A stretch of DNA of 64,000 nt, from the IMG/VR virus record IMGVR_UViG_3300020183_000008, positions 1 through 64,000 of that record. One strand, given 5' to 3'. This document shows positions 15,001 through 25,242 of this stretch, piece by piece (the stretch's first letter is position 1; every line of letters begins with the position of its first letter). The notes under the pieces were generated by a model. The model saw nothing but the letters and a program-made list of their open reading frames with translations. It did no database searches and was not told the origin of the DNA. The stretch is from a virus. Made by a program: the position numbers and the translations under genes.

Positions 15001-18000
15001 TGGTTCCTTGAACACCAGTAGCTCCCTGGACTCCTGTGGCTCCATCTACACCTGTAGCCCCTTGAACTCCCGTAGTTCCTTGGACTCCTGTAGCCCCCTG
15101 AACACCTGTCGTGCCTTGGACTCCTGTGGCACCCTGAACACCAGTGGCTCCTTGGACTCCCGTGGTTCCTTGGACACCTGTCGTTCCTTGGACACCTGTG
15201 GCACCATCTACACCAAAAACACCGGTTGCACCTTGAACTCCTGTAGCACCTTGCACACCCGTTGCACCCTGAACACCGGTTGTACCCTGAACTCCTGTCG
15301 TGCCTTGGACTCCCGTGGTTCCTTGGACACCTGTCGTTCCTTGGACCCCTGTGGATCCCTGAACCCCCGTGCTTCCTTGAACCCCAGTAGATCCCTGAAC
15401 ACCTGTGGTGCCTTGAACACCAGTTTCACCTTGGACACCGGTTGCACCTTGGACTCCTGTCGTGCCTTGAACACCTGTCTGACCTTGGACTCCAGTGGCT
15501 CCCTGAACTCCTGTTTCACCTTGAACACCTGTTTCACCTTGAACACCAGTTCTACCTTGGATGCCTGTCTGACCTTGGACACCTGTCGTGCCTTGCACAC
15601 CGGTTGCACCTTGGACTCCTGTCGTGCCTTGCACACCGGTTGCACCTTGGACTCCTGTCGTGCCTTGCACACCGGTTGCACCTTGAACTCCTGTCGAACC
15701 TTGCACACCGGTCTGACCTTGGACTCCAGTGGAGCCTTGAACACCAGTCTGACCTTGGACTCCTGTGGTGCCTTGAACACCAGTCTGACCTTGGACTCCA
15801 GTGGCTCCTTGGACACCTGTCTGTCCTTGGACTCCAGTGGCTCCTTGCACTCCCGTTGAACCTTGCACTCCCGTTGAACCTTGGACTCCTGTGGAACCTT
15901 GCACTCCCGTTGAACCTTGGACTCCCGTAGCCCCTTGGACTCCCGTTGAACCTTGGACTCCCGTAGCCCCTTGGACTCCTGTGGAACCTTGCACTCCCGT
16001 TGAACCTTGGACTCCTTGGACTCCAGTAGATCCTTGGACTCCCGTTTGACCTTGAACACCGGTCTGACCTTGGACTCCAGTAGCACCTTGGACACCAGTT
16101 GAGCCTTGAACTCCGGTTAAACCAACCGGACCTTGAATACCTATTTGACCAGTAGCACCTTGGACACCAGTAGCACCTTGGACACCAGTAGTGCCCTGTA
16201 CCCCTTGGACTCCTGTGGAACCTTGGACTCCTGTTGTGCCTTGGACTCCTGTGGCTCCCTGAACGCCTGTCGAACCTTGGACTCCGGTGGCTCCTTGGAC
16301 TCCGGTGGCTCCTTGGACTCCTGTAGTCCCTTGAACTCCAGTAGCACCTTGAACACCAGTTGATCCTTGAACTCCAGTAGCACCTTGAACACCAGTTGAT
16401 CCTTGAACACCAGTTGATCCTTGGACTCCCGTGGTGCCTTGAACACCGGTAGCTCCTTGGACCCCTGTAGTGCCTTGAACACCAGTTGATCCTTGGACCC
16501 CTGTAGTGCCTTGAACACCTGTAGCTCCTTGGACCCCTGTAGTGCCCTGTACACCTGTGGCACCTTGGACTCCTGTTTCACCTTGGACTCCTGTAGTTCC
16601 TTGAACTCCAGTCGATCCTTGGACACCGGTTCTACCTTGTACACCTGTAGCACCTTGGACACCCGTAGCGCCTTGGACTCCTGTCTGACCTTGGACACCA
16701 GTTACACCTTGGACACCTGTGGTTCCTTGGACACCTGTAGTGCCTTGCACTCCTGTGGTTCCTTGGACTCCAGTGGTGCCTTGAACGCCCGTGGTACCTT
16801 GGACTCCTTGAACCCCAGTGGCTCCTTGGACACCTGTTACACCTTGCACTCCCGTTGTGCCTTGGACTCCTGTTGCACCTTGAACGCCCGTGGTGCCTTG
16901 AACACCTGTATTTCCTTGAACACCTGTATTTCCTTGGACTCCTGTCGTGCCTTGGACTCCTGTCGTGCCTTGGACTCCTGTCGTGCCTTGCACTCCTGTC
17001 GTGCCTTGGACTCCAGTTACGCCTTGGACTCCTGTCTGACCTTGGACACCAGTTACACCTTGTACACCGGTTACACCCTGTACTCCTGTGTTTCCTTGAA
17101 CCCCAGTAGATCCCTGAACACCTGTCGCGCCTTGAACACCAGTGAAGCCTTGGACTCCTGTAGCACCCTGAACTCCGGTTGTTCCTTGAACACCAGTCTG
17201 ACCTTGGACACCTGTGTTACCTTGGACTCCAGTGGTGCCTTGAACACCAGTAGTTCCATGAACCCCAGTGGTGCCTTGAACACCGGTCTGACCTTGGACA
17301 CCAGTAGCACCTTGGACACCAGTTGAGCCTTGAACTCCGGTTAAACCAACCGGACCTTGAATACCTATTTGACCAGTAGCACCTTGGACACCAGTAGCAC
17401 CTTGGACACCAGTAGTGCCCTGTACACCTGTCGTGCCTTGGACTCCTGTCGTGCCTTGGACTCCTGTGGAACCTTGGACACCAGTTACACCTTGGACTCC
17501 TGTGGATCCCTGAACACCAGTGGCTCCTTGGACTCCTGTCGTGCCTTGGACTCCTGTGGAACCTTGGACACCAGTTACACCTTGGACTCCTGTGGATCCC
17601 TGAACACCAGTGGCTCCTTGGACACCAGTTGAGCCTTGAACACCAGTAGTTCCCTGAACCCCTGTCGCTCCCTGGACACCTGTGGCTCCTTGGACTCCAG
17701 TTGTTCCCTGAACTCCGGTAGTTCCTTGGACTCCCGTAGCTCCTTGGACTCCGGTTGTGCCTTGCACTCCTGTGGTTCCCTGCACCCCGGTTCTGCCTTG
17801 AACTCCAGTTTCACCTTGAACACCTGTCTGACCCTGTACTCCTGTGGCTCCCTGAACGCCTGTCGAACCTTGGACTCCGGTGGCTCCTTGGACTCCGGTG
17901 GCTCCTTGGACTCCTGTAGTCCCTTGAACTCCAGTAGCACCTTGAACACCAGTTGATCCTTGAACTCCAGTAGCACCTTGAACACCAGTTGATCCTTGAA

Positions 18001-19780
18001 CACCAGTTGATCCTTGGACTCCCGTGGTGCCTTGAACACCTGTTACACCTTGCACTCCCGTAGCACCTTGAACGCCCGTGGTGCCTTGAACACCTGTATT
18101 TCCTTGGACTCCTGTATTTCCTTGGACTCCTGTCGCGCCTTGGACTCCTGTCGCGCCTTGGACTCCTGTCGCGCCTTGAACCCCAGTGCTTCCTTGCACT
18201 CCCGTCTGACCCTGAACCCCAGTGCTTCCTTGCACTCCTGTAGCTCCTTGGACTCCTGTAGCTCCTTGGACTCCTGTGGCTCCTTGGACACCTGTCTGTC
18301 CTTGGACTCCCGTAGTGCCTTGGACACCTGTAGTGCCTTGCACTCCTGTGGTTCCTTGGACTCCAGTGGTGCCTTGAACGCCCGTGGTACCTTGGACTCC
18401 CGTAGTTCCCTGAACACCTGTCGTGCCTTGGACTCCTGTGGCACCCTGAACACCAGTGGCTCCTTGGACTCCCGTAGTTCCCTGAACACCTGTCGTGCCT
18501 TGGACTCCTGTAGAACCTTGTACACCAGTCGCACCTTGGACACCTGTAGCGCCTTGAACTCCTGTCGTGCCTTGGACTCCTGTAGAACCTTGTACACCTG
18601 TAGCGCCTTGGACACCAGTAGCACCTTGTACACCAGTCACACCGTACTGACCAGTTTGACCTTGAGCACCTTGAAGACCATCAGATCCGGTTACACCTTG
18701 AACACCAGTTTCACCTTGAACACCTGTTACACCTTGAACACCAGTTAAACCGACAATACCTGTGATACCTTGAACACCTGTTTGTCCGTAGATACCTGTA
18801 ATACCTTGAACACCTGTTTCACCAATAGCACCTTGCAAACCGGTTTCACCCGCAACACCGGTTTGACCTTGGACACCTGTAAATCCTGAAGGACCTTGTA
18901 CACCTTGTACACCTGTTGATCCTTGAACACCCGTGCGACCTTGAATACCCGTTGATCCTTGAACACCACCAACACCAGTAGCACCTTGAACACCAGTGAA
19001 ACCTGGACCTTGCAGACCTGTAGCACCCTGAACACCAGTGTTTCCGAGGGGACCTTGAACACCTGTCTGCCCAGCAACACCTTGAACACCTGTCTGCCCA
19101 GCGACCCCTGTGGCACCTTGGACACCAGTTTCACCTTGGACACCTGTAGATCCTTGAACTCCCTGAACTCCGGTAGCTCCTTGGACACCAGTGTCGCCTT
19201 GAACTCCGGTTGCACCCTGAACGCCGGTGGTTCCTTGAACACCTTGAACACCTGTGGTTCCTTGAACCCCAGTTCTTCCTTGGACACCTGTTACACCCTG
19301 AACTCCAGTTTGACCTTGAACACCTTGAACACCGGTACCACCTTGAAGACCTTGAGATCCTTGGATACCTTGCAATCCTTGGATACCGGTGTTGCCTTGA
19401 ACACCTTGGACTCCCGTGGTTCCCTGAACACCTGTGCTACCTTGAACACCCGTGGTTCCTGAAATACCTGTACTACCTTGAACACCAGTGAAACCTGGAC
19501 CTTGCAGACCTGTAGCACCTTGTGAGCCGATACCTGTCGTACCTTGCACACCAGTTACACCTTGCAGACCTCTAATACCCGTGGTGCCTTGTTGTGATTG
19601 AATCGTCGCAAACGAAGGCTTCCACTGTGAATCAGAAATGTCGAAGTAGTAAAACGCGTTAATGTTTTTAACGTAGCGTACTTCGTTTTCTTGAGGTGAG
19701 ACAACGCTAGATAAATCAGCGATGTTGTTTACAGCATAGGTGATTGCATAGGCTAATTGTTGGTAAAACGGAGTGCTCAT
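2..19780 (-). CDS. Giant collagen-like (Gly-X-Y) protein, at least 6593 aa, 3' end outside the window; probable virion fibre
   Basis: Manual translation: ATG at 19780 preceded by AAAGGA gives [65 protein letters not shown], then (G-V/I-Q-G-A/T/V/S/E/Q-T)n. The same frame was checked at the three globular inserts and at position 4. The long antisense shadow ORFs (starts 26, 2915, 6443, 8069, 14792, 18959) all keep one frame. The ORF track would list it if a stop existed. Confidence 0.93.
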   Translation of the reverse strand, partial: MSTPFYQQLAYAITYAVNNIADLSSVVSPQENEVRYVKNINAFYYFDISDSQWKPSFATIQSQQGTTGIRGLQGVTGVQGTTGIGSQGATGLQGPGFTGVQGSTGISGTTGVQGSTGVQGTTGVQGVQGNTGIQGLQGIQGSQGLQGGTGVQGVQGQTGVQGVTGVQGRTGVQGTTGVQGVQGTTGVQGATGVQGDTGVQGATGVQGVQGSTGVQGETGVQGATGVAGQTGVQGVAGQTGVQGPLGNTGVQGATGLQGPGFTGVQGATGVGGVQGSTGIQGRTGVQGSTGVQGVQGPSGFTGVQGQTGVAGETGLQGAIGETGVQGITGIYGQTGVQGITGIVGLTGVQGVTGVQGETGVQGVTGSDGLQGAQGQTGQYGVTGVQGATGVQGATGVQGSTGVQGTTGVQGATGVQGATGVQGSTGVQGTTGVQGTTGVQGATGVQGATGVQGTTGVQGTTGVQGTTGVQGTTGVQGTTGVQGTTGVQGTTGVQGQTGVQGATGVQGATGVQGATGVQGSTGVQGQTGVQGSTGVQGATGVQGATGVQGATGVQGNTGVQGNTGVQGTTGVQGATGVQGVTGVQGTTGVQGSTGVQGSTGVQGATGVQGSTGVQGATGVQGTTGVQGATGVQGATGVQGSTGVQGATGVQGQTGVQGETGVQGRTGVQGTTGVQGTTGVQGATGVQGTTGVQGTTGVQGATGVQGATGVQGTTGVQGSTGVQGATGVQGSTGVQGVTGVQGSTGVQGTTGVQGATGVQGSTGVQGVTGVQGSTGVQGTTGVQGTTGVQGTTGVQGATGVQGATGQIGIQGPVGLTGVQGSTGVQGATGVQGQTGVQGTTGVHGTTGVQGTTGVQGNTGVQGQTGVQGTTGVQGATGVQGFTGVQGATGVQGSTGVQGNTGVQGVTGVQGVTGVQGQTGVQGVTGVQGTTGVQGTTGVQGTTGVQGTTGVQGNTGVQGNTGVQGTTGVQGATGVQGTTGVQGVTGVQGATGVQGVQGTTGVQGTTGVQGTTGVQGTTGVQGTTGVQGVTGVQGQTGVQGATGVQGATGVQGRTGVQGSTGVQGTTGVQGETGVQGATGVQGTTGVQGATGVQGTTGVQGSTGVQGTTGVQGATGVQGTTGVQGSTGVQGSTGVQGATGVQGSTGVQGATGVQGTTGVQGATGVQGATGVQGSTGVQGATGVQGTTGVQGSTGVQGVQGTTGVQGATGVQGATGQIGIQGPVGLTGVQGSTGVQGATGVQGQTGVQGQTGVQGSTGVQGVQGSTGVQGSTGVQGATGVQGSTGVQGATGVQGSTGVQGSTGVQGSTGVQGSTGVQGATGVQGQTGVQGATGVQGQTGVQGTTGVQGQTGVQGSTGVQGQTGVQGSTGVQGATGVQGTTGVQGATGVQGTTGVQGATGVQGTTGVQGQTGIQGRTGVQGETGVQGETGVQGATGVQGQTGVQGTTGVQGATGVQGETGVQGTTGVQGSTGVQGSTGVQGSTGVQGTTGVQGTTGVQGTTGVQGTTGVQGATGVQGATGVQGATGVFGVDGATGVQGTTGVQGTTGVQGATGVQGATGVQGTTGVQGATGVQGTTGVQGATGVDGATGVQGATGVQGTTGVQGETGVQGATGVQGTTGVQGVQGDTGVQGETGVQGATGVQGTTGVQGVQGMTGVQGMTGIQGATGVQGVTGNRGPISGYSEYYIFSSDTSATRPGGTYVKFSSDDPSSMTPGYVYIDAFTNQGSLDPSVAAWIDSWDSATNSTKGYLIFHLGDDQSVYVKFKVISVENGSGFGGENWRLVTVEYVDASDLFVDGQQLIVTFAPAGDQGATGVQGVAGIQGQTGVQGSTGVQGIQGETGVQGSTGIQGATGVQGATGVQGSTGVQGNTGVQGVTGVQGVTGVQGQTGVQGTTGVQGVTGVQGTTGVQGTTGVQGTTGVQGVTGVQGTTGVQGATGVQGQTGFQGVTGVQGTTGVHGTTGVQGQTGVQGTTGVQGTTGVQGATGVQGQTGVQGSTGVQGNTGVQGATGVQGTTGVQGSTGVQGQTGVQGTTGVQGTTGVQGATGVEGSTGIQGTTGVQGNTGIQGTTGVQGTTGVQGTTGVQGATGVQGATGVEGATGVQGQTGVQGVTGVQGTTGVQGTTGVQGETGVQGVTGVQGATGIQGTTGVQGATGVQGTTGVQGATGVQGVQGTTGVQGSTGVQGVTGQIGTQGPVGLTGVQGFTGVQGNTGVQGATGVQGTTGVQGVTGVQGATGVQGNTGVQGSTGVQGSTGVQGVTGVQGTTGVQGTTGVQGTTGVQGSTGVQGQTGVQGTTGVQGTTGVQGETGVQGTTGVQGTTGVQGFTGVQGATGVQGATGVQGTTGVQGATGVQGVTGVQGTTGVQGTTGVQGATGVQGATGVQGTTGVQGSTGVQGATGVQGTTGVQGETGVQGTTGVQGSTGVQGATGIQGTTGVQGTTGVQGETGVQGTTGVQGSTGVQGATGIQGTTGVQGTTGVQGTTGIQGATGVQGATGQIGIQGPVGLTGVQGSTGVQGATGVQGQTGVRGVQGDTGVQGATGVQGTTGVQGQTGVQGTTGVQGATGVQGTTGVQGATGVQGSTGVQGATGVQGTTGVQGVTGVQGTTGVQGFTGVQGATGVQGSTGVQGSTGVQGSTGVQGTTGVQGTTGVQGTTGVQGTTGVQGATGVQGATGVQGVTGVQGATGVQGTTGVQGATGVQGATGVQGSTGIQGQTGVQGTTGVQGATGVQGTTGVQGTTGVQGATGVQGVTGVQGTTGVQGATGVQGTTGVQGTTGVQGATGVQGATGVQGATGVQGATGVQGATGVQGATGVQGTTGVQGATGVQGSTGVQGATGVQGSTGVQGATGVQGSTGVQGTTGVQGNTGVQGETGVQGSTGVQGETGIQGETGVQGSTGIQGNTGVQGETGVQGATGVQGSTGVQGSTGVQGSTGVQGVTGVQGTTGVQGSTGVQGATGQIGIQGPVGLTGIQGATGVQGTTGVQGTTGVQGTTGVQGTTGVQGTTGVQGTTGVQGVQGETGIQGATGIPGGGTGVQGATGIQGTGETGIQGATGVQGVQGLTGVQGDTGIQGATGVQGETGVQGITGIQGLTGVQGTTGIQGATGLQGPTGNRGPISGNSEYYKFSTSTTASRPGASFVRFSAANPATMTPGFVYIDAFTASNLDESVYRWLDSWKQSTNPTKGYLIFHLGDNQTIYAKFRILNVENGTGLGGTNWRIVTVNYVDASNLFQNNQELIVSFAPAGDFGTTGVQGATGVFGVDGTTGVQGLTGVQGVQGLTGVQGFTGVQGATGVQGTTGVQGVQGTTGVQGQTGVQGTTGVQGVQGETGVQGQTGVQGTTGVQGATGVQGVQGETGVQGTTGVQGSTGVQGATGVQGATGVQGSTGVQGATGVQGSTGVQGSTGVQGATGVQGTTGVQGSTGVQGTTGVQGTTGVQGTTGVQGQTGIQGETGVQGATGVQGATGVQGATGVQGVTGVQGTTGVQGTTGVQGTTGVQGATGVQGSTGVQGATGVQGETGVQGVTGIQGFTGVQGTTGVQGTTGVQGSTGVQGSTGVQGIQGVTGVQGTTGVQGATGVQGETGIQGTTGIQGTTGIQGTTGVQGATGVQGATGVQGSTGVQGTTGVQGATGVQGATGVQGVQGTTGVQGVTGVQGVIGVQGVTGVQGTTGVQGQTGLQGQTGVQGTTGIQGMTGVQGNTGVQGVTGVQGTTGVQGTTGIQGMTGVQGNTGVQGVTGVQGTTGVQGSTGVQGTTGVQGNTGVQGVTGVQGTTGVQGSTGVQGTTGVQGNTGVQGATGVQGATGIQGATGVQGTTGVQGTTGVQGATGVQGVTGVQGATGVQGTTGVQGATGVQGTTGVQGVTGVQGTTGVQGATGVQGTTGVQGNTGVQGATGVQGTTGVQGNTGVQGATGVQGVQGTTGVQGLTGVQGVTGVQGNTGVQGATGVQGTTGVQGLTGVQGVTGIQGTTGVQGATGVQGSTGVQGATGVQGATGVQGTTGVQGATGVQGVTGVQGTTGVEGSTGIQGTTGVQGNTGIQGTTGVQGTTGVQGQTGIQGFTGVQGTTGVQGVTGVQGATGVQGTTGVQGATGVQGATGVQGSTGIQGQTGVQGTTGVQGTTGVQGTTGVQGTTGVQGATGVQGATGVQGVTGVQGATGVQGTTGVQGATGVQGVQGATGVQGATGVQGVTGVQGTAGVQGATGVQGTTGVQGTTGVQGATGVQGSTGVQGATGVQGSTGVQGATGVQGSTGVQGTTGVQGNTGVQGTTGVQGTTGVQGNTGVQGTTGVQGATGVQGETGVQGVTGVQGATGVQGQTGVQGATGVQGQTGIQGTTGVQGATGIQGATGVQGATGVQGATGVQGATGVQGATGVQGATGVQGATGVQGATGVQGATGVQGATGVQGATGVQGTTGVQGSTGVQGETGVQGTTGIQGETGIQGATGVQGTTGVQGIQGVTGVQGETGVQGQTGVQGLTGVRGIDGTTGVQGTTGIQGATGVQGVTGSQGPISGYSEYYYFSDSTSASRPGGSYFRFSSGTVSSMNPGFIYIDVFNNLDSLDPSVSGWLDSWKQSTNPTKGYLIFHLGSDQTVYAKFKVTNVTNGTGFGGSNWRIITVNYVDASNNFVNGQQVVVSFAPAGDMGVTGVQGTTGVQGATGVQGATGVFGVDGATGVQGATGVQGATGVQGATGVQGATGVQGATGVQGATGVQGTTGVQGSTGVQGTTGVQGSTGVQGTTGVQGSTGVQGSTGVQGQTGVQGSTGVQGVTGVQGTTGVQGSTGVQGATGVQGQTGVQGTTGVQGATGVQGVTGVQGTTGIQGSTGVQGSTGVQGFTGVQGSTGVQGSTGVQGITGLQGTTGVQGTTGVQGVTGVQGATGVQGTTGVQGATGVQGMTGIQGTTGLQGVQGNTGVQGATGVQGTTGVQGSTGVQGTTGVQGTTGVQGSTGVQGTTGVQGTTGVQGATGVQGTTGVQGTTGVQGTTGVQGTTGVQGVTGVQGATGVQGTTGVQGVTGVQGVTGVQGATGVQGQTGVQGVTGVQGTTGVQGTTGVQGSTGVQGTTGVQGTTGVQGATGVQGTTGVQGVQGSTGVQGTTGVQGTTGVQGETGVQGVTGVQGTTGVQGRTGVQGTTGVQGETGVQGVTGVQGVTGIQGATGVQGVTGIRGATGVQGSTGVQGSTGVQGVTGVQGVQGVTGVQGQTGVQGSTGVQGSTGLQGTTGVQGTTGVQGATGVQGTTGVQGVTGVQGVTGVQGTTGVQGTTGVQGATGVQGTTGVQGATGVQGATGVQGTTGVQGVTGVQGQTGVQGTTGVQGVTGVQGQTGVQGTTGVQGVTGVQGQTGIQGTTGVQGSTGVQGTTGVQGFTGVQGSTGVQGNTGVQGNTGVQGVTGVQGVQGVTGVQGVTGVQGNTGVQGQTGVQGTTGVQGTTGVQGTTGVQGATGVQGSTGVQGTTGVQGSTGVQGVTGVQGTTGVQGNTGIQGATGVQGNTGVQGATGVQGNTGVQGVTGVQGVTGVQGTTGVQGVQGQTGVQGSTGVQGSTGVQGVTGVQGTTGVQGSTGVQGTTGVQGTTGVQGTTGVQGTTGVQGTTGVQGATGVQGATGVQGATGVQGQTGVQGVTGVQGATGVQGTTGVQGSTGVQGTTGVQGQTGVQGVQGSTGVQGSTGVQGETGVQGDTGVQGATGVQGATGVQGATGLQGTTGVQGATGVQGATGVQGATGVQGVQGVTGVQGIQGTTGVQGNTGVQGSTGVQGIQGTTGIQGTTGVQGQTGVQGATGFQGTTGLQGTTGVQGETGIQGFTGVQGSTGVQGATGVEGTTGVQGATGIQGATGVQGATGVQGATGVQGATGVQGATGVQGATGVQGATGVQGVTGVQGTTGVQGNTGVQGVTGVQGTTGVQGTTGVQGSTGVQGVTGVQGTTGVQGQTGVQGTTGVQGTTGVQGVTGVQGATGVQGTTGVQGATGVQGFTGVQGATGVQGTTGVQGTTGVQGRTGIQGTTGVQGETGVQGVQGTTGVQGTTGVQGATGVQGVTGVQGTTGVQGATGVQGQTGVQGQTGVQGTTGVQGATGVQGVTGVQGTTGVQGNQGTTGVQGQTGVQGQTGVQGTTGVQGSTGIQGATGVQGATGVQGSTGVQGSTGVQGQTGVQGTTGVQGATGVQGSTGVQGATGIQGTTGVQGTTGVQGQTGVQGVQGNTGVQGNTGVQGNTGVQGVTGVQGTTGVQGSTGVQGTTGVQGTTGVQGATGVQGATGVQGATGVQGTTGVQGVQGATGVQGATGVQGATGVQGVTGVQGATGVQGATGVQGNTGVQGTTGVQGNTGVQGTTGVQGTTGVQGTTGVQGTTGVQGTTGVQGATGVQGVTGVQGIQGSTGVQGVTGVQGTTGVQGTTGVQGATGVQGVTGVQGVTGVQGTTGVQGSTGVQGATGVQGQTGVQGATGVQGVQGNTGVQGQTGVQGQTGVQGTTGVQGVQGSTGVQGTTGVQGTTGVQGATGVQGVTGVQGTTGVQGTTGVQGTTGVQGSTGVQGQTGVQGSTGVQGVTGVQGTTGVQGTTGVQGTTGVQGTTGVQGVQGETGVQGVTGVQGTTGVQGQTGVQGTTGVQGATGVQGTTGVQGVTGVQGVTGVQGTTGVQGT
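5939..6328 (-). repeat. Globular insert domain, copy 3
   Basis: [45 protein letters not shown]...[24 protein letters not shown]...[13 protein letters not shown]...SFAPA. Confidence 0.92.
10094..10480 (-). repeat. Globular insert domain, copy 2
   Basis: [45 protein letters not shown]...[24 protein letters not shown]...[13 protein letters not shown]...SFAPA. Confidence 0.92.
14381..14770 (-). repeat. Globular insert domain, copy 1 (~130 aa), in the collagen protein
   Basis: [45 protein letters not shown]...[24 protein letters not shown]...[13 protein letters not shown]...TFAPA. Confidence 0.92.
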
Positions 19781-19951
19781 TTATCCAGTCCTTTTGGAGC
19801 GTTGTGTTCTATGCTTTGTTCATTCTCAAATGGGAAAAGTATCATTTAATTATCGCTCAAAATTCCGCCGAAAACAAATTGCAAGTTTATCTATTCTAGG
19901 GAAATATAAAACAGACTAAACTTTCGAAATGAATTTGAAAAGGAAAAGTCT

Positions 19952-21436
19952 GTGAATACTCTTAGTCTTTGTATGATTGTCAAAAATGAAGAATCTACGA
20001 TCGAAAGATGCTTAAATTCAACGCAAGATGTTTGCGATGAAATCATCATAGTAGATACGGGAAGTACCGACCGCACCAAAGAAATATTAAAGTCTTTTCC
20101 AAAAGTGAAAATTTTCGATTTCACATGGGTAGAGGACTTCGCTGCGGCGCGTAACGAAAGTTTCCGACACGCAACGAGCGACTTAATGTTCTGGTTGGAT
20201 GCGGATGATGTACTCAAAGAAAAAGACGTCCAAATTCTTCGCAAATACAAAAGCACCCCCTTGAATCAATTAGCTGACTGCTACGTTGGTAAATATCAAT
20301 ATAGCCATGATAGTTATGACAATGTTCTAACAACGCTGATGCGAGAAAGAATCTTTAAAAGAAGCCCTTTAATTAAATGGAAATACAAAATTCACGAGTG
20401 TATCCCCCTCAACTGCTTCCGAAAAGTAGAAAATACAGATTTTGAAGTACACCACTACAAGACTGCCCCTCAAATTCAAAGATCTGAGGGTAGGAATTTA
20501 AGAATACTAAAAGCGTGCGTAGATGATCCATCCGAGCGGTGCCCGCGCTATGAATTTTATTATGCCAAAGAATTAGCTATCGTTAGAAAGTATGATGAAG
20601 CCGTAACATGGTTTAAGGAATACTTAAAGCACTGGGATTTTTTCGAAGATGCCCATTACGCTTATTATAAATTAGCTGAAATCGCTCTTGAGAAAAGAGA
20701 TTTCGATGAAGCAGTCAATCAATGCATGGATGCTTTAAAATTAGACATGCGGAAAGCCGACCTGTATTGCTTGCTAGGTTTGATTTTCATAAATCGTGAG
20801 CGTTGGGACTTGGCGAAATTCTGGTACGAGGCTGCTCTAAATATGCCAAGACCCGATGACTCATACGGATTCTTCGATATGGACAGACACACCTTCTCAC
20901 CAAACTTTCAGCTTTCTTATGTTTTTTATAAACTTGGAGATTTCGATTCTGCTTTAAAACATATCAACAGGTGTTTGCAATTTAGACCTAAAGACCATCA
21001 AGCTCTCGTGAACAAGGCTTTTATAGAAAAAGAACAAAAACTAAAAATAAGAAAGAATCACCACAACCTAGCTATTTATATCCCCTTCTCATTTGATGAG
21101 AACAACCCAAACATTAGAATTCGCAAACTGAATTTAGTTGAAGAACTCAAAAACAAAAATCTGGATGCAGATATCATTCAAGATTTTCCAAGTTTGATGA
21201 ACTATGACAGAATCATCGCGCATAGCCCCTTGAACCCCAAAGAGATGAGACTACTACAAAGAAGCGGGAAAGTGGTGTGCTTAGATATAGCTGAAGGGGT
21301 ATTCTCGAATTCATTTGATGAACAAATAAGCAAATATGATATAGTTTTATGCTCCTCTAGTAAAATCAAAGAATATTGCTTAAACTTGAACATGAATTCA
21401 GTTCATCTTCCTGATAGTCATGAGGCTTCAATATGA
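19952..21436 (+). CDS. GT2 glycosyltransferase with TPR repeats, plus a C-terminal half of a GT-B fold
   Basis: LSLCMIVKNEE, IVDTGSTDRT, DFAAARN, WLDADD (DxD), IHE and RNLRIL motifs; helical TPR-like repeats follow. Confidence 0.9.
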   Translation: MNTLSLCMIVKNEESTIERCLNSTQDVCDEIIIVDTGSTDRTKEILKSFPKVKIFDFTWVEDFAAARNESFRHATSDLMFWLDADDVLKEKDVQILRKYKSTPLNQLADCYVGKYQYSHDSYDNVLTTLMRERIFKRSPLIKWKYKIHECIPLNCFRKVENTDFEVHHYKTAPQIQRSEGRNLRILKACVDDPSERCPRYEFYYAKELAIVRKYDEAVTWFKEYLKHWDFFEDAHYAYYKLAEIALEKRDFDEAVNQCMDALKLDMRKADLYCLLGLIFINRERWDLAKFWYEAALNMPRPDDSYGFFDMDRHTFSPNFQLSYVFYKLGDFDSALKHINRCLQFRPKDHQALVNKAFIEKEQKLKIRKNHHNLAIYIPFSFDENNPNIRIRKLNLVEELKNKNLDADIIQDFPSLMNYDRIIAHSPLNPKEMRLLQRSGKVVCLDIAEGVFSNSFDEQISKYDIVLCSSSKIKEYCLNLNMNSVHLPDSHEASI

Positions 21437-23778
21437 TTTCCGTTGTTTGGTGCGGAATGGGTGGCGGATCCTACGCCGCAAAACAATTGCGCCCAATGAT
21501 CGAATCTCTTGGTATGAAATTGACAATCATATCGGAATGGGCAGATGCGGATGTGCCCTGGAAAATAGATACATGGCAAGAAGAAGTTAAGAAGCATGAC
21601 ATCGTTATCTGCCCTACGGATCAAAACAAATTTCCATTCAAAGGGAATAACAAAGTCACCCATTTTATGGCTTTGGGTATGCCTGTCATCGCTTCACCTC
21701 TTCAGTCCTATAGAGAAATAATCGAACATGGCGTGTCGGGCTTCATCGCAGACAATTTCTCAGATTGGAAAAAGCATCTTAAAACTTTACGGGACAACCA
21801 CGATTTAAGAAAAACGATCGGTGAAACAGCGCGAAGTAAAGTGACAAAAGAATATTCGATCCAATCCACCGCTGATAAAGTTCTTTCTTTATTTGAAAAT
21901 CAGTCTAAAACTATTGATATCATCATCCCGAATTACAATAACACCCGCTATCTTCTCACGACACTCGAAAGCCTAAAACGCAACACTGTCGGTTTGTACA
22001 AGGTAGCCATCGTTGATTCATCTTCAGATGACATCTCACCGATAGAGAATTTCGTAGAGAAAAACTCAAATAATTTTTCCCTTTGGCGATTACCTGTACG
22101 TTCGTGCTTTTCAAAAGCCGTGAATTTAGGAATGTCTCGTACAGGTTCAAAATGGGTTATGGTGGGAAATAACGACTTGCTTTTTACCAAAGGATGGGAT
22201 GCCCCACTTCGAGAATTTTTAGAAAAAAATCCAAATGCTATGGTTCAACCTCTTTCGAATTGTGACAAAGGTTGGTTACATAACTATGAATTGAAAACAA
22301 AAAGCGGTCTCTCTTTGGAAGCTGGTATCCACAAGCTCGATACCGTGGACATCTTTGATATTGAACAAAGCACTCTAACTCGAAATGAAATCATCGAACG
22401 TGAAAAACTAGCATTTTATAGTGTTATTTTTGATCGTCGGTTATTAAGTCTAATCGGTGACCTTGATGAAGAGTTTCTGAATGGTGGCGAAGATTTCGAT
22501 TTTTGCTACCGAGCTCGGAAAGCGGGGTGGTCATTTTTTTCAATTCATAACTCTTTTGTTTTTCATTTTGGAGGAAAAACCCGAAAAGTCTCTGAAGATG
22601 AAAATTATGAGAGACACCATGAAGAAGATAGGTACAATAATTCGAGACTAAATCGAAAACTTTCAAAATCCGTTGTTGCATTTTATTTAGGCGCTGGTTG
22701 GGAAAAATGGGATGAAACAAATCTCATTTCTGGTGGTATTGGGGGAAGCGAAACAGCAGCGATCTGGATGGCAAGAGAATTGTCTAAGTTCGGCTATCAG
22801 GTAAAAGTTTTTGCTGATCCTGCACATGAACATCAGGACTCTAGTGGATTGGATGTTGAGTATATCCACTACAGTAAATTTAAAAGGTACGCTGAAAAAA
22901 CTTTCATCGACTTTTTAGTTTGCTCAAGAACAGTGGAACCTTTGCACGGGTTGATCCATGCTTATAGAAAATACGTGTGGATTCATGATGTGTTTATCGG
23001 TTCCAACCGAAACATGGATGTATGTCTCGATGATGTGACTAAATACCTCGTGTTGTCCGAATGGCACCGTGATTTTGTTTCTGAACATCACAGTATTCCC
23101 AAAAACAAAATCTTCATGACGACAAACGGCATAGATCCGAATAGATACGCTGAAGTCAACAACATCAAGAAGGTTCAAGGTCAAATCTTTTATTCTTCAT
23201 CCCCAGATAGAGGTCTGGATACGCTCTTGTATCTAGGTGAATATCTAAAAGATCGTGTACCTAATTTCAAAATCAAAGTCGCTTATGGCTTCAATAACTG
23301 GGAAAAAGCAGTTCTATTTAGAAATAATCCTAGAGAAGTTGAAGAAATGAGAAAGCTGAAAGAGGCTTTAAAGCGACCTTTCGTGGATTTCTTGGGACGT
23401 ATTGACCAGAATCAACTTGCAAAAGTTCAGATGGAATCATCGGCTTGGATGTACCCTAGCCGGTTCACTGAAACGAATTGCATCACAGCTATCGAGGCAG
23501 GTTGGTCTAAAAACGCGATTTTAGCGACACATCTTGCGGGTGTAACCACTACCGTAAAAGATGGAGGGACTCTTATCCACGGAGATGCATACACGAAAGA
23601 ATATCGAGAGAAATTCTTAAATGAAGCGGTAAAATTACTGAACGATCAAGAATACCTGATCGAGCAACAAGAACGAGCCTACGCCCGTATGCAAAGGTTT
23701 ACTTGGGCTAACGTCGCAAAACAATGGCATGAAATGTTCCAACAAGATGTTTACAAGGAAATTCAATGGTCACCTTAA
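21433..23778 (+). CDS. Multidomain glycosyltransferase (GT-B C-terminal half + GT2 + GT4-like)
   Basis: MALGMPVIASP; IDIIIPNYN...NNDLLF...GEDFDFCYRA...HFGGKT; GGSETA...YSSSPDRGL...YPSRFTETNCITAIEA; ATGA overlap with the upstream gene. Confidence 0.9.
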   Translation: MISVVWCGMGGGSYAAKQLRPMIESLGMKLTIISEWADADVPWKIDTWQEEVKKHDIVICPTDQNKFPFKGNNKVTHFMALGMPVIASPLQSYREIIEHGVSGFIADNFSDWKKHLKTLRDNHDLRKTIGETARSKVTKEYSIQSTADKVLSLFENQSKTIDIIIPNYNNTRYLLTTLESLKRNTVGLYKVAIVDSSSDDISPIENFVEKNSNNFSLWRLPVRSCFSKAVNLGMSRTGSKWVMVGNNDLLFTKGWDAPLREFLEKNPNAMVQPLSNCDKGWLHNYELKTKSGLSLEAGIHKLDTVDIFDIEQSTLTRNEIIEREKLAFYSVIFDRRLLSLIGDLDEEFLNGGEDFDFCYRARKAGWSFFSIHNSFVFHFGGKTRKVSEDENYERHHEEDRYNNSRLNRKLSKSVVAFYLGAGWEKWDETNLISGGIGGSETAAIWMARELSKFGYQVKVFADPAHEHQDSSGLDVEYIHYSKFKRYAEKTFIDFLVCSRTVEPLHGLIHAYRKYVWIHDVFIGSNRNMDVCLDDVTKYLVLSEWHRDFVSEHHSIPKNKIFMTTNGIDPNRYAEVNNIKKVQGQIFYSSSPDRGLDTLLYLGEYLKDRVPNFKIKVAYGFNNWEKAVLFRNNPREVEEMRKLKEALKRPFVDFLGRIDQNQLAKVQMESSAWMYPSRFTETNCITAIEAGWSKNAILATHLAGVTTTVKDGGTLIHGDAYTKEYREKFLNEAVKLLNDQEYLIEQQERAYARMQRFTWANVAKQWHEMFQQDVYKEIQWSP

Positions 23779-24413
23779 ATGACTTGAAAGAAGCACCAGA
23801 ATATTTATCTCTGAAGGAAAAGGTAAAATCTTGCGGGTGTGATGATCCTGATGTGTTTGGTGATAGCTGTTATGGTGGATATTTACTTCAACAAAACGCT
23901 GAAGAGTTTGCCGCTCTTATTTATTTTTTGAAGAAACAGGGTCCATTCAACAATTACGTTGAAATCGGATCCGCATCAGGTGGAAATCTCCGCTTTATTT
24001 TTGAAAATGTGGGATTCTATAGAGCGTTTTCTTTCGATGATCTTATGCACCCACACGCTGTACACCAGCCTGGAAATTCTTGGCGTTTCGGTGAACGCTT
24101 AACCCGTTACATCGGGGATTCTCATCATATAGAAGCCGAAAAAATGTTATCAAGATGGTTAAATAAACAAGTCATCGACTGCGTTTTCATCGATGGAGAC
24201 CACTCGCTTTCAGGAGTTTTACAGGACTATGACATGGTAAAGCCCCACCTAACGGCAAGGTCTTTACTGATTTTTCACGACACGCATTCAATACCAGATA
24301 TTGGAATAGCTACGAAACATTTAATTGAGGGTAATGAAATTAAACCATTGGCTCATTTCGTAGCAGAACTTAATCGTTGTGGAATTCTTGTAGCTCAATT
24401 TTCAGGCAAGTAA
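23766..24413 (+). CDS. Class I SAM-dependent methyltransferase (Methyltransf_24-like)
   Basis: VEIGSASGG, GDSH, VFIDGDHS...DY, IFHDT. Confidence 0.85.
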   Translation: MVTLNDLKEAPEYLSLKEKVKSCGCDDPDVFGDSCYGGYLLQQNAEEFAALIYFLKKQGPFNNYVEIGSASGGNLRFIFENVGFYRAFSFDDLMHPHAVHQPGNSWRFGERLTRYIGDSHHIEAEKMLSRWLNKQVIDCVFIDGDHSLSGVLQDYDMVKPHLTARSLLIFHDTHSIPDIGIATKHLIEGNEIKPLAHFVAELNRCGILVAQFSGK

Positions 24414-24820
24414 CAAACCACACTTTTAGGTAGTTTCAAATCCTTCACCAAATCAGGTGAAATTTCACATTTCTCTTCCTTGCCGTAGTGAGGCTCTTTT
24501 TCAAGTAAATCGAACCATTCTTTGATGCTTTTCAATTTACCTGAGCCAGGACCAGCTTTCTCGCCAAGAGCCCATTTGAGCAAAACCACACCCGCTTCAG
24601 CGTAGGGGTTTGTATAGGCTCCACCGAACGCCTCCAGAAAAATGTAAGGGTTTTTGGATGCTAAATTTTTCCAAAAAGATTTTGATGAAGTCCCCGCTTC
24701 AGATTTAGATTTGAAAACTATAAAAGTTTTTCCTTCATCGCTTATTAACATGTGACCTGATTCAAATGGTTTATGCTCTTTAATCTGATAGTCTTTTTCA
24801 GCAACACGAATAGTTTTCAT
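24395..24820 (-). CDS. Hypothetical protein
   Basis: 141-aa ORF, GAGG SD, in a minus-strand gene run. Confidence 0.65.
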   Translation of the reverse strand: MKTIRVAEKDYQIKEHKPFESGHMLISDEGKTFIVFKSKSEAGTSSKSFWKNLASKNPYIFLEAFGGAYTNPYAEAGVVLLKWALGEKAGPGSGKLKSIKEWFDLLEKEPHYGKEEKCEISPDLVKDLKLPKSVVCYLPEN

Positions 24821-24827
24821 TTTTACC

Positions 24828-25232
24828 TCACTGAGTTACTTTTGATCCTTTTGTCATCAAAAAACGGTCGAGTTCTTCTTCTTCACTAATTTGGTCTAAA
24901 AATTCTCGCGTAACAAGAGGTAGATTAGTTTTGATAATCTCAGCTAATTGAATAGGTTCAATGTTACCTTTCAAGCAGTATAACATCGTCTGTAAAACTG
25001 TCTCATTGATATTTTTCAAAAGAGCATCATCTTTTAGAACACCACGCGCTGTCGCAATTAAGGATACATACAAAAAATGAACTCTTGCTAAAGAAATCAA
25101 CAAAGTGTTTTGAGGATCAGCCTCATCATCGATCAAAATATTAGCATACTCCGAAGATTTCGTGATAGCTTCTAAAACAGCCTCACCTATTTTTTCACCG
25201 ATTTCTTCGGCTTCCTCTTTTGGTTCTCGCAT
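24828..25232 (-). CDS. Hypothetical protein
   Basis: 134-aa helical ORF with AGGG SD-like sequence. Confidence 0.65.
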   Translation of the reverse strand: MREPKEEAEEIGEKIGEAVLEAITKSSEYANILIDDEADPQNTLLISLARVHFLYVSLIATARGVLKDDALLKNINETVLQTMLYCLKGNIEPIQLAEIIKTNLPLVTREFLDQISEEEELDRFLMTKGSKVTQ

Positions 25233-25242
25233 TTTTACCCTT

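Larger units (their letters stand above)
1..19588 (-). repeat. Degenerate 18-nt (2x9-nt) coding tandem repeat in four collagen blocks: 14771-19588, 10481-14380, 6329-10093, 1-5938
   Basis: Plus-strand unit approximately CCTTG(G/A)AC(A/T)CC(T/A/C/G)GTNNN throughout. Confidence 0.97.

Noticed and set aside
26-19551. Long plus-strand LDS/LNT-C repeat ORFs, TPVAPW ORFs and minus-strand SKV/FKE ORFs
   Set aside because: They are antisense and shifted shadows of the collagen repeat. They break at random stops, while the Gly-X-Y frame stays open and passes through sensible globular domains.
1-19588. CRISPR array or non-coding satellite
   Set aside because: There is no constant repeat with unique spacers; variation follows codon positions and the X residue.
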